DNA from: Nageia nagi
Taxonomy: Eukaryota; Plantae; Pinophyta
Direction of reading: 5' to 3'
Assembly (NCBI GenBank): GCA_050084985.1
Contig: JBITNC010000001.1
Coordinates: 63,798,001-63,862,000, forward strand
Length of the DNA: 64,000 bases
The notes beneath the pieces were generated by a model. That model had not been told where the DNA came from. It saw only the letters and a list, made by a program, of their open reading frames with translations, and did no database searches. The translations under genes and the position numbers were made by a program. Position 1 is the first letter of the stretch; the number at the start of each line of letters is the position of its first letter. Shown here in pieces: positions 39,001 through 51,000 of the stretch.

Positions 39001-42000
39001 AATATCCCATCTTGTGAGTGTATATGCTTTGGCCTCTTGTGTCAATGCAACCACTTATAACCTGTTGTGCATGACTTTCAGGCATCCAGCTCTAACTTTA
39101 GGAATTGATCTTATTCTATGCTTTCTATTACTGATTCCTGGGTATCTGCCAAACCATTTGCCATTTTCCTATGTCTCAGCTTCCTTAGTCATTGCAACTT
39201 CCACATATCATCAAGATTTGGCGAGTACAGGAGCTAAAATTAACTTGTATAAGGCTTTATAATTTTTTTTCCATATCAGAATTTTACCCTTCAGCATTGT
39301 GAGCATGTGGGATGCATTCTAAGTCACAAGACTTGGAATAAAAGTTCTTTGCAGTGTCGACATCCTTGGACTCTAAGACTGATCTTAATGTACTTGAATC
39401 TGGTAATTAGAAGCTGTTCAGGTAGCAAAAGGAATAATATTACGTGCAGTCATAGGTATTACCTCAGCCCTTGCCTTTGTATGATCATTTCCTTTATTCT
39501 TTGCCAGCTTGGGATGCCTGTCATTCTAATAAATATTATCCAGCTAATTCTTCAATGTGATATTGATATTCATATAACTCATGTGATGCAAAAATCTACT
39601 AATATAACTCAAGTTTCATGTGTTTCTTTTGTTTTGAGATGAGAAGGCAGAGTTAAGATAGCAATTTTGAAGTCTTAATTAATCTGTTTGACACTACTGA
39701 AAGAATTACAGGGCTAGTGGGCTGTTTCTCCAATGCACATAGACTCTGCTGTGCATCGAATATAGCCTTACTGCAGATCTGCTGACTGTATTGTTTAAGT
39801 TTCGTGTTCTTGTTTCATTTTGAATTGAATTGAATGTTGTTTTGTTTAACAACATTGATATTGAAGAAGTTATGGGGATAATGGACCTTTTCTTCAATGA
39901 GCATAGACTCTACTTCATATTGAATATACCCTTAGTGCAGACCTGCTAATGTTTTCAAATTAAATCTGCATTCTAGGAAATGCTTCTATGGGTTAAATTG
40001 AAGGATTTAAACATTTTTATAAATGTTTCAATCTCTTTGAAGAAATCCTGCTGGGCAAAGAATTAGGATCAGTATTTCTTTTTCCATCTTTAGAAAAGTT
40101 CAGCGTGTTGCAAGATTATATGTGTGCTCTTTAGACTTTAATAATTAGCATTGATCTTTCTGGTATGTAAATAATTGATTTTCGTTTTGGTCAAATGCAT
40201 TTTGCAAGCTTCATGTATCCTATAGTGTCATTGATTCTCAAACATATTGTATTTTGAAAAAACTTTTTTATGTGAGAGGTATAAGATTAACGGTGTGCCA
40301 TTCAACTAATTCCAGGAGTTGGTGTCAGTGAATAAGTATTAATGGAATTTCATTTGCAAGTGCTTGGAAAAAGTAATAACTTTTGCTTGTCACGTTGATT
40401 ACATGTATAGGTGCCACCCATGGGTCTATTTTATCCATCTATTTTAATGCCAGATGAGTACCCATGTCCTCCAACTCCCTCTTGGTAAGATATAATGAAG
40501 GGAATTCAACTAGAAATGTTTCTGAGAAGCAATGTTTTTTCTGCTAGCTGTGACAATTTAATCAATCAATTTTTTTACTGTTTGATTTTTGACCTAAAGA
40601 GTTTGTTCATATACCGAAGAACCTGTCATTTCTTAAATGGATTAGGTATCATGACCATGAGGATATGTTGGAAGACAGTTCACATAGTGAGTTTAGCAGG
40701 AGACCCGATGGAGCTGAAGTCTACTTCCCTGGTTCTAACTATGGGCTGTTTACACAAGATCCAACTGAGTCGAGAAATATGAATTTAAGAAAAGAAGACA
40801 ATCTAGTTGGTCTTGCTGATGCCATTACAAATAGTATTCTTTCCTCAGGTACAGGCACTAAGTTATTCTTCTGCTTGCATATATGGTTTAGATGGCTATT
40901 TAATATCATAGTATTGAAATTTGGATTCATCCAATATTTGTTTGGGTTGAAACTATTACAATTTGGCCATTTTGAAAATAATATTTGGAAATTATTCAAC
41001 ATTTATGTGGCGATTATTCAATAAAAATAGGATATTCTCAGAGTATACAATTTTTTGCTAAATTTTTTGCAAGTACTTGTTTTGATTGACTCGGTGGATA
41101 TTCGACCGTATTAATTGATGTAATTTTCTCCTGTTTGTTTCCTTTCCTAGTTAAAGTTGGTAAGGATTTGATATCTGCACAATCATTAAGATTTATTGTA
41201 TCTTGTTAGTAATTGCTTTTCCAAATGGCAGGGCGTGTAGAGCTTTACAGAAAATTGTTCACCAGCATACTGCTTGTAAGCTTCTTCTCAGTTTAACTCA
41301 GTGTTTACATTGTCTGGTTCTTTATTCATTATTTTTTTAACGTTGAATCTTGAATCTCTCCTTGTAATATTTTGAGTGCAGGTAGGTGGGGTTGCATCCA
41401 CAAAAGAGCTTGTTGGTGCAGTAGAAGATAGGTGTGCTATGGATTTGACTATTGATTAAAGATTTTAATTATGCATACTTGTATTACTTTTAGTTTATGA
41501 TGCCATCCTCTGAGAGAGAATGCTATTTCAGGGGAATTTGCAGCTGGAAATGATCTAAGTTGGACCATGACTTGACATAGCAGAATTTTAACTCTAATAA
41601 CTTGGCAGAAGTTGCACAATATTTTGGATGATAGTATAATTGATAGATGGAAGAGTCATCTGTCAGATATTGTGCATCCTATCTCCTAACACACTTTTTA
41701 ATTGGTTATAAATAAGATTGTCCAAGTTAATGACCTTTGAAAAACAATACAAGGATTCATGGTATGGTTCTAATTTTTTGATGATAAAACAGTGGTTACT
41801 TAACCAGTTATACTCATTGCAATACAAGGCATTTAATGACCCACTGCAATAAAATGGTTTTTATCTCAAAAGATCTTTCTTCTTGTTGGCTCTGAGCAAC
41901 TTGGGATTTTAAGAGCATCAAATCAAATCAATTGGAACCAGCGTACCTTGCATAACAATAAATAAAACTATTCTCTGAAGTAGAATACCACATCCTGTCT

Positions 42001-45000
42001 CATAGAAAGAAAACTTGAGACCTACGGCAACCAGCAATCTGGTTGTTTCTTTGGATACTTTGATGTGTAGTCGAGTTACCAATCATCCACTTTCAATCAT
42101 GGAACCAAATTGAACTGCTTACCATGTGAGCTGTGAAACACAATTTGAATGCCTGTATATGATTTTGGAGCCAGACTGATAGCTATAGGGATGGACTTCA
42201 GCTTCCTTAATTTTCGTCTGGGAATATTGGTTTTCAATGAACCTTTTTGAGTGGATGCCAAATTTCATGTTTATTAAACTAAAAATGTTTTGTTTAGTTG
42301 AGAATAGGAAGTGTAAATGTTAAGAAAAGGTCTTCTTTACAACAATTATATTGGTTTCACTCAACATGAGAAACAAAGATTTTCTTTATAGATAAGGAGT
42401 TTACTTGGATGGTGATTAATCAAGGACTACTGGATGTGACACAACTTCATAAAAGTGTTATTTCTTATGCTTTGTGCATGAGGTAAAGGAAACTGCTAAT
42501 ATCTTCTAGTGTTGTTCAACTAGTGGAACCTTTAGCACTCTGATCCAAGCCTTTTTCATATTGTTTAATGTGAAACAGGGTTTTGAACTGGGATTCTGTT
42601 GTGGCTTCTACAACATGCCCCAAATTTTAGCAAATTTGGGGGGCCAAAAATTTTGGCAATGAGGAATTGCCTAGGTGGAGTGATCAAGCTAATGGTGTCT
42701 CAAGATTAAGAGGCATTGGAGAATAGGACTGACGAAAAATGAACAAAATTGAACTTCTGGCAGTAGCAAGCCAAAATTTTGGCTAAGTCCTCTCCAAGCG
42801 CATGTCTTCCAAGAGACAACTTGCTTGTCCCCTCCTAGACCTGCGCCATCCTCCAAGATACTTCAGGGACTAATTTTGAGTAACCAAGACCAAATTTGAT
42901 TAAGTATGAGGCATCTTTTTCCTTGGTGCAAGCTTGGAGGGAGACATGCTCCTTAACCCTAGCACACTTGCACTAGGCTTGCCTCTTCCCCTTCTAGCTC
43001 AAATGCAAATTAAGACATCAACTTTAACTCCTCCAAGACCTATGCTAGCATTCTAGAGAGTCATATAAGCGACAAAGGTGGAAATTGACTAAATGTTAGG
43101 CATGAAAACCCCTTCTATACATTAGTGCAAGTATGACATGAGACAATGTAACATCCCCTTTGTGTAAAACATAATTAATTTTGGAATCTTAAGGATTTCC
43201 TTTTTGTAAATATTTATTTACTCATCCATTTGCTGTTAGTTACTTGGGATAGAATTATAAAGGTTCGTTGAACCCACTTTGTGAGCCCCATGAGGGCCGT
43301 TTTCCTCCAAGCTAGGATGTGTTATTTTATTTATCATTTAATGCACTTGGAGATCCTAAAGATGATTGTGGGAATCCCAAGGCTTGTATAGCACTTAGAT
43401 GACACTTTTGCATGGATAAACACCTATTTGCCCCAACATTGGATTTGGGAGCACTTGTACGCATGCGCTAGCTTTGGGGAGACTCCTAGACCCCCACGTT
43501 GGCCCATGATGATCCCCTTGCACCCACACGACTCCTACACCCACATGGCACCTTGGACACCCACGTTGGCATGCGTGGCACCTTAGACACCCACGTTGGC
43601 ATGCGTGGCACCTTAGACATCCACGTTGGCATGTGTGGCATTTTAGACATCCACGTTGGCATGCGTGGCACCTTAGACACCCACGTTGGCATGAATGGCA
43701 CCTTGGACTCACACGTTGAGCATGAATGACCCCTAGGTAACCATGTTGGGCGTGCTTAATAGGCACCCACGTTGGAGATCTTCGGCCTCCAAAAGGTCAA
43801 TGTTGAGATTGGAGAGGTTGGGGATGACTTCTAGGTGAGATCTAGATTCAGTGATGAGCTATATAAGGCTAAGGAGCCTCATTGCATAGATGGACATGAT
43901 TTTATACAGAAACCCTTCTCTTTGGAGTTCCAAAGACTTGGTAGTGTCAAGCACCCTTGTGCGCAACGCACAAGGAGAGTTCAAGAGCCATAGTACACCT
44001 TCTGTCTTACGGTTGAGGTGATAGTTCGTGAGTGAGGTTGCCCTACCTTGAGGCATCCGCAAGCGGTCGACACCTTTTAATCCATCTAGTGGCATTCTGG
44101 AACCACATCCATTCTCTTCACCAGGAGCTAGCCTGTGAGGGAGCCCTTCAAAGAGGCATCCACAGAACTGGTAGGAGGTGGTTGTTCTACATCAATCCAA
44201 GATCTATCTCAACATTTATATGCCCTAGTTGGCTCCTTGGAGGGCAATGTTGAGCCCTTTGGGCCAGTTCGATATTGTACTCATTCATTCATCATTAATT
44301 GAAGTCGTGGCATATTTGGATCTCAATTCTTGTCTCTATATTTGATGTTCATTATTCTATAAGTGCAACATTGAGCTACTTCTATGTATACATGCTTATA
44401 TGGTGCAACATTGGCATTCTTGGATGTATTTTGCATAGTGTATGAGCCCCAAATTGTGATGTTGGGGAATAAGGGTTGGAACTAGCTAGAGATGTGCATC
44501 GTTTGCTTCTTGGCTTGTTATTTTGCATGTTTAATGCGCTAGTGTAGTTCGTGGCATGCCTAGGAGCTTTGTATGATTGTGTTGTAACATTTGCTTGGCT
44601 AATTTGTTCGTGAGAATATTTTGGGGATATTACAATGGTATCGGAGTTGAGATCTTGCCGCCTATGAAAATGGAAGCCAAATCTGTAGCCAAAGTGAAGA
44701 AGTTAGAATTTGGAAAGGTAGTTTTCCGCAAGTTACTCCAGCAGCTTGAAGACAACAAAATCCCTCAGGATGAAAGGGAGAAACTCTTGTGGTATTTGGG
44801 TGAAAGGCATGAGGAAAAGATGAGAAAGAAAAGAGGACAAATGTGGGAGCCTAGATCTATTCCACCACATAAGACTCCACCAAAAATTGAAGTTTTGCTC
44901 CTATTGGGGAGCCACCAAAGAATTCCAAAGAGACATCACTTTCCAACTTTACCAAGATCTCTTGGGATATGGAGTGGCAGAAGGGAGGAAATCCAACGTT

Positions 45001-48000
45001 GGAGGGGAAAAGCCAGGCATGCCTCCAACATCTAGATATGAGCTGTTTAGAAGCATCAAGGACTTAGTTGCTCCCTTGGATCTGAAGAAGAAAAGTAAAT
45101 AGAAGCTTTCACTTAGATCTGGAGCAACATGTAACGGGTTGTAGGCCACCACTCAAATTGTATCAACCAAGAAGATGAGTTCCATCGTCCGGAAGGAGGA
45201 GATAGAGAGGGGTTGTATCTTCACCTTGGCTAAGGGAAGCCCTACGTCACATGCTAAGGAGGAGAGATCGCAGCCAGAGGAGGTCCAATGCATCCTGGAC
45301 AAGTACCTTGACGTTTTTGGAGATATGCCTATAGGGTTGCCTTCCTCAAGAGGATTTGAGCACATCATTGAGTTGGAGCAAGGAGCAAAACTAGTCATGA
45401 TCACTCTCTACCGCCATCCGAAAGTCTACAAAGATGAGATTGAGAAAACTATCAAAGAATTGCTAGACATGGGCTTCATATGGCCAAGCTGAAGTCCCTT
45501 TGCTTCTTCGGTGGTGTTGGTCAAGATGAAGGATGGGACCATGCGGATGTGCTTTGACTACCGAATGCTCAACAAGAAAACCATGAAAAACAGGTATCCC
45601 ATCCCTAGAGTAGATGATCTTATTGATGAATTACATCGTGCTAGATATTTCTCAAAAATTGATTTTAGGTAAAGATATCATTTGATAAGGATAAAGGAGG
45701 ATATTCACAAAATTGCATTTAGATGCCATTATGGACGTTTTGAATTTCTAGTTATGCCATTTGGATTGACTAATGCACCAACCACTTTTCAATCAACCAT
45801 GAATCAGGTTTTCAAGGAATAGCTAAGGAAGTTTGTGTTTGTTTTCTTTGATGACATCTTGGTCTATAGCAAAACGTGAGAGGAGCACGTCCAACACTTT
45901 GACCATGATTTGAGCATATTGCAGGATAAAAAATTCTATGCTAAGCAATCCAAATGTGAGTTTGGCATGACTGAAATTCTGTATTTGGGTCATGTAATCA
46001 GCCATGAGGGAGTTAGGGTGGATGAGCAAAAAATTGTAGCAATTCAAGATTGGCCAAGGTCCACCACCTTGACACAATTGAGAGGATTTTTGGGGCTATG
46101 CAATTACTACAAGAGGTTCATACGTGGTTTCTCACACTTAGCTGCCCCTTTGACACAATTGACCAAGAAGGATGCATTCGTATGGAGTGAGGGAGCTCAA
46201 GATGCTTTTGAGACTCTCAAAAAGGTTGTGTTCTTGTCCTTGCTTAGCTATTCCTGATTTTTCAATCCTTTTTTACTGTTGAATGTGTTGCATCTAAACT
46301 TGGTGTTGGGGCTGTACTCATGCAAAAAGGATAGCCAATAGCATTTGAAAGCAGAAAACTCACTAATGCAGAATAAAATTTTAGTGTATGCCAAGGGAAT
46401 GCTGGCCATTATGCATGCATTGGAGAGATTAAGGCAATATCTAGTTTGTGGCCCCTTCATCATCAAAAGTGACCAAAATAGCCTGAAATACTTTCTCAGC
46501 CAATCAGATTTGAGTGAGAAGCAACAAAGGTGGGTAAGTAAACTTCAATATTTTGATTTTGAAATTCAATATATCAGGGGGAAAAAGAATACAGTTTTTG
46601 ATATATTGTCTAAGAATCCTTCCTTTTACTCTCTCTTTTATTTCTGCTGATTGGAAAACAAATATCATGGCTGAATATGTCAAGGATGAATTTGCTCAAG
46701 GCATTTTAGATAGGACTATTAAAAATGAGAGATACATGGTTAGGGAGGGGCTGATTTTGAAAAATAACATAATTTTCTTGACCCCTAACTTAAAAATGAA
46801 GGAAAAGGTGCTCTATGCCTTGCATAATATCCCCCTTGCAGGTCATCCAGGGATCATGAAAACATATAGAGCAGTAAGGTAGAGGTTTGCATGGAGAGGG
46901 CTGAAACAGGACATTGCATACACATCCAGGAATGTGTGTAATGTTAGGAAAACAAGGAGGAGAATTTAAGGCCAACGTGACTACTTCAGCCATTGTCTAT
47001 TCCACAACAAAAGTGGGAAGATATCTCTATGGATTTCATTACAGGTCTCCTAAAAGTGCAAGGTAAAGATTGTATTTTTGTGGTAGTAGATAGGCTCACT
47101 AAGTTTGACCATTTCTTTGCCATTACTATGACATATACATCAGTACATTTGGTTGATTTGTTCTTCAAAGAGATGGTTTGCCAAAAAGAATTGTAAGCGA
47201 TAGGGACAACAAGTTTATGAGCATGTTTTGGCAAGAACTTTTTCAGTTGAGTGGCACTAATTTGACCGCAAGCACTAGCTATCACCCACAAAATGATGGG
47301 CAAACAACAATTGTAAACAAATGGATATAAGGGTATTTGAGGCACTATGTAACAGGTAGTAGCAAACATGAGTTAAATGGCTTCACATTGGGGAGTATTG
47401 CTACAACTCTATGCACCAACTGTCTATTGGAATGTCTCCTTTCAAAGCTTTGTATGGTTATGATACTCCTAACTTCACATATTTGATTTTTGATGAAGGA
47501 AAAGCTCCAAAAGCTAAAGTTTTTTTGCAGGAAAACCAAGACATCATGAAGGCTCTCAAGGAGAATTTGCAAATGGCCCAAAATCATCAAAAGAAGTATG
47601 CTGATCAAAGGAGGATTGATAGAACCTTTGAAGTAGAAGAGATGTTGTATTTGAGGTTGCAACCATTCAAGCAATCGTCCCTCAAGAAGAGAAGAGCTGA
47701 AAAACTACAGCCTAGATTCTTTGGTCCATACAAAATCCTACGTAAGGTTCGAGAAGTTGCATATGAACTAGAGCTTCCCAAGGAGAGTAAGACTCACAAC
47801 ACCTTTCATGTGTAACTCCTTAAGAAGGCCGTGGGACAGCAAGACACGTCGTCACCTACACTCCCACCACTTGATGAAGAGGGATGAGTGGTTTTGATTT
47901 CGGAAAAGGTGTTGGAAGGACTTGCCTGATGAAGATTCTACATGGGAAGGAGCTGAGATACTAACACATCCATCATTGAATTGCTTGAGAGCAAGCAATT

Positions 48001-51000
48001 TCAAGAGGGAAGGCTTTGTAACATCCCCTTTTTGTAAAAAACAATTAATTTTGGAATCCTAAGGATTCCTTTTTTGTAAATATTTATTTACTCATGCATT
48101 TGTTGTTAGTTACTTGGGATAGAATTTTTAAGGTCCATTGGACCCACTTTGTGAGCCCCATTAGGGACTTTTCCTCCCAAGCTAGGATGTGTTATTTTAT
48201 TTATCATTTAATACACTTGGAGATCCTAAAGATGATTGTGGGAATCCCAAGGCTTGTATAGCACCTAGAAGACACTTGTGCATGGATAAACACCTATTTG
48301 CCCCAACGTTGGATTTGGGAGCACTTGTATATATGCGCCAGCCTTGGGGAGACTCCTAGACCCCCATGTTGGCCCATGATGATCCCTTTGCACCCACGCA
48401 TGACTCCTGGACCCACGTGGCACCTTGGACTCCTATGTTGGCATGCATGGCACCTTGGACTCCCACATTGGCATGCGTGCCACCTTGGACACCCATGCTG
48501 GCATGTGTGGCACTTTGGACTCACACGTCGAGCATTAATGACCCTTAGGTACCCACGTTGGGCATGCTTGACCCCTAAGCACCCATGTTGGAGATCTTGG
48601 GCTTCCAAAAGGTCAATGTTGAGATTGGAGAGGCTGGGGATGACTTCTAGGTGAGATCTAGATCCAGTGATGAGCTATATAAGGCTAAGGAGCGTCATTG
48701 CAGAGATGGAATTGATTTTATACAGAAACCCTTCTCTTCGGAGTTCCAAAGACTTGGCGGTGTCAAGCATCCTTGAGCGCAACACAAGGAGAGTTCAGAA
48801 GGCATAAAACACCTTCTGTCTTACGGTTGAGGTGATTGTTCGTGCAAGTGAGGTTGCCCTACCCTGAGGCATCCACAAGCGGTCGACACCTTTGAATCCA
48901 TCCAGTGGCATTCCGGAACCACATCCGTTCTCTTCGTCGAGAGCTAACCAATAAGGGAGCTTTTCAGTGAGGCATGCATAGGAGCTTTGTATGATTGCGT
49001 TGTAGCATGTGTAGGAGCTTTCAATGATTGTGTTGTAGCATTTGCTTGGCTAATTTGTGCATAAGAATATGTTGGGGATATTACAAATAAATACCTTGTC
49101 TTAAGGACGTGCGCCTAGATCGTGCATACCTCCTTGGCGTAAGTGTGGCCTGTAACAACCTTCATGACTCTCCAAGGACTTGCACCAAACTTCTTGGAGC
49201 TCTAGGGAACAATTTCAGACAACAAAGATAGATTTTGGCTAAATATAGAGCATATCTTCCTTGATCGCAAGCCAAGATACACATGATGACCTCTTCTAGA
49301 CTTGCATTGGACTTTCCTATCCATCATCTTGGCACAAGTGGGAATCTAGATAAGCATCATGAGTCCCCTCTCACTAGCGCCAAGCTTCCCTTTTCTTCCT
49401 GAGCGCAAGTCCTTGCCAAGACAAGTTCCTTGTATTCATTTTGGGCACAAGTCTAGAACAAGACATGAGTTTTGACCTCCCAAAGATATGCGTCAAGACT
49501 AGTTGTCTCTCTTTGGCGCAATTCAAGACCAAGACAAGGTTGTTGACTCTTAGAAGACTTTTGCTAAGCTTGTTCTCATTGCCTTTGACGCAAGTGTAGC
49601 CCGAGATACTCATCTTGTCTTCCCCAAACCTTGGGCAGGGCTTACACTTCCTCTTCTTGGGCGCAAACTCAAGGCAAGACAACCACCTTGACCCTTTTAA
49701 CACATGCGCTAGGCTCACACTCCTCTTCTTGGCGTATGTCTTTACCAGGACAAGGTTGATGACCCCTTTGACACTTGCGCTAGACCTCCAAGCACATATC
49801 CATGTCCAAACAACATCCGTGACCCCTTCATGACATGCACCAGCCTTGTATCTCACAACCTCAACGCATGAATGGCACCAAACAACTCTTCTTGACTCTC
49901 TAAACACCTGTGCCTGCCTCCTGAAGATAGTCAACCTTGAATTTTATGTCAAACTTGCCTAAAGACCGGTGTCCATCCATGAAAGCACATATTCCTAAGT
50001 CTCCAACTAGTTTTGCCCTAGGAAAACCCTAAAAATATCTATAAAAGGGAAAGGTAGACTTCATTTTTACATGACAAGATTGCTCTCTTCTTTCGAATTC
50101 GTTAGGGCATCAAGACAAACAAATTCTTTTGAAGTCGTTGGGGTGAGTTTAGAAAGCATTCCCTCTTCATTCACTAAGGCATTCAAGATACTATTCCACA
50201 TTAAGCATCAAAATGGCAAAGACAAATCCTAAGATGAAAGGGAAGAAGATTGAGCTAGGGGAGGTGTTGACTATTGATGGTGCCTCATCAAAGAAGAAAT
50301 TCAATATTGACCTTGCAACTTCTATGAGAGCATTACACAAAGACCCTGGCTAGAGGGTGAAAGATGAGTCCACAGAGACTCACTATGTGAGCAAGTTCAT
50401 TTTCAAAGTTAATCATACATTGTCAGTCACCAAGGTCTTCTTGAACAAGGATCCATGAAAATCCTAGGACTTGGAGGCTGATAACCGAAAGATGGAGATT
50501 GGCGAGATCAAAACAATTGGAGGTGAATGAATCAAGGAAATCAAAAGGCTCGTAGAGGAATTGGAGGAGAGCTAGAAGAAGCCAAACCTTGAACCAGAGA
50601 ACACTTCCAGAGTCATACAGTCTTCAAGGTAGGGTGACCACTCAAGAATGGGGACATCCTCAACAAGCGAATGATGAAGGCTCAGAGTTAGGTGTTTCAA
50701 AAATGAATGGAGCAACTGAATTCATGGGTAACAGTTGATGGAAGGCGCTGCATCTTGGATGCAATATTTTTAATTTTATTTTTATTTTATGCATAATTTA
50801 ACTATTTTGGACTCCAAATTTTATATATTTTGTTAAGACTTGTGATAGATGAGGATTTTCTCCCACAAGTGCTAGATTTAATTTGGTAGTGCCACATGGT
50901 ATGCTTTTAGTGGACCATTGATAATTAGGGTTATTTTAAATAAATTTATTTTAATTGGCATTAGGGTTAGGACAACACTTAGAGTTGCCACCGAAAAATT

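Larger units (their letters stand above)
43147..49085 (+). mobile_element. Ty3/Gypsy chromovirus (Reina/Tekay-like) with two LTRs and decayed RT-RH-INT-chromodomain, nested in D
   Basis: LTRs 43147-44634 and 48017-49085 (TGTAACATCCCC...GATATTACA); iMet-type PBS; PPT aagagggaagg near 48003-48013; RT motifs [19 protein letters not shown] and FFDDILVY; INT motifs [12 protein letters not shown] and GPY; [11 protein letters not shown] chromodomain remnant; flanks gacaa/aataa. Confidence 0.92.

Noticed and set aside
40665-41024. Stand-alone 119-aa ORF (also 54778-55023)
   Set aside because: ARP9 exon read through into intron sequence
43395-43766. Cys/His-rich ([10 protein letters not shown])n ORF resembling a metallothionein or cytochrome c motif; similar ORFs at 48294-48654
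   Set aside because: Translation of the 30-bp LTR repeat, open in several frames on both strands
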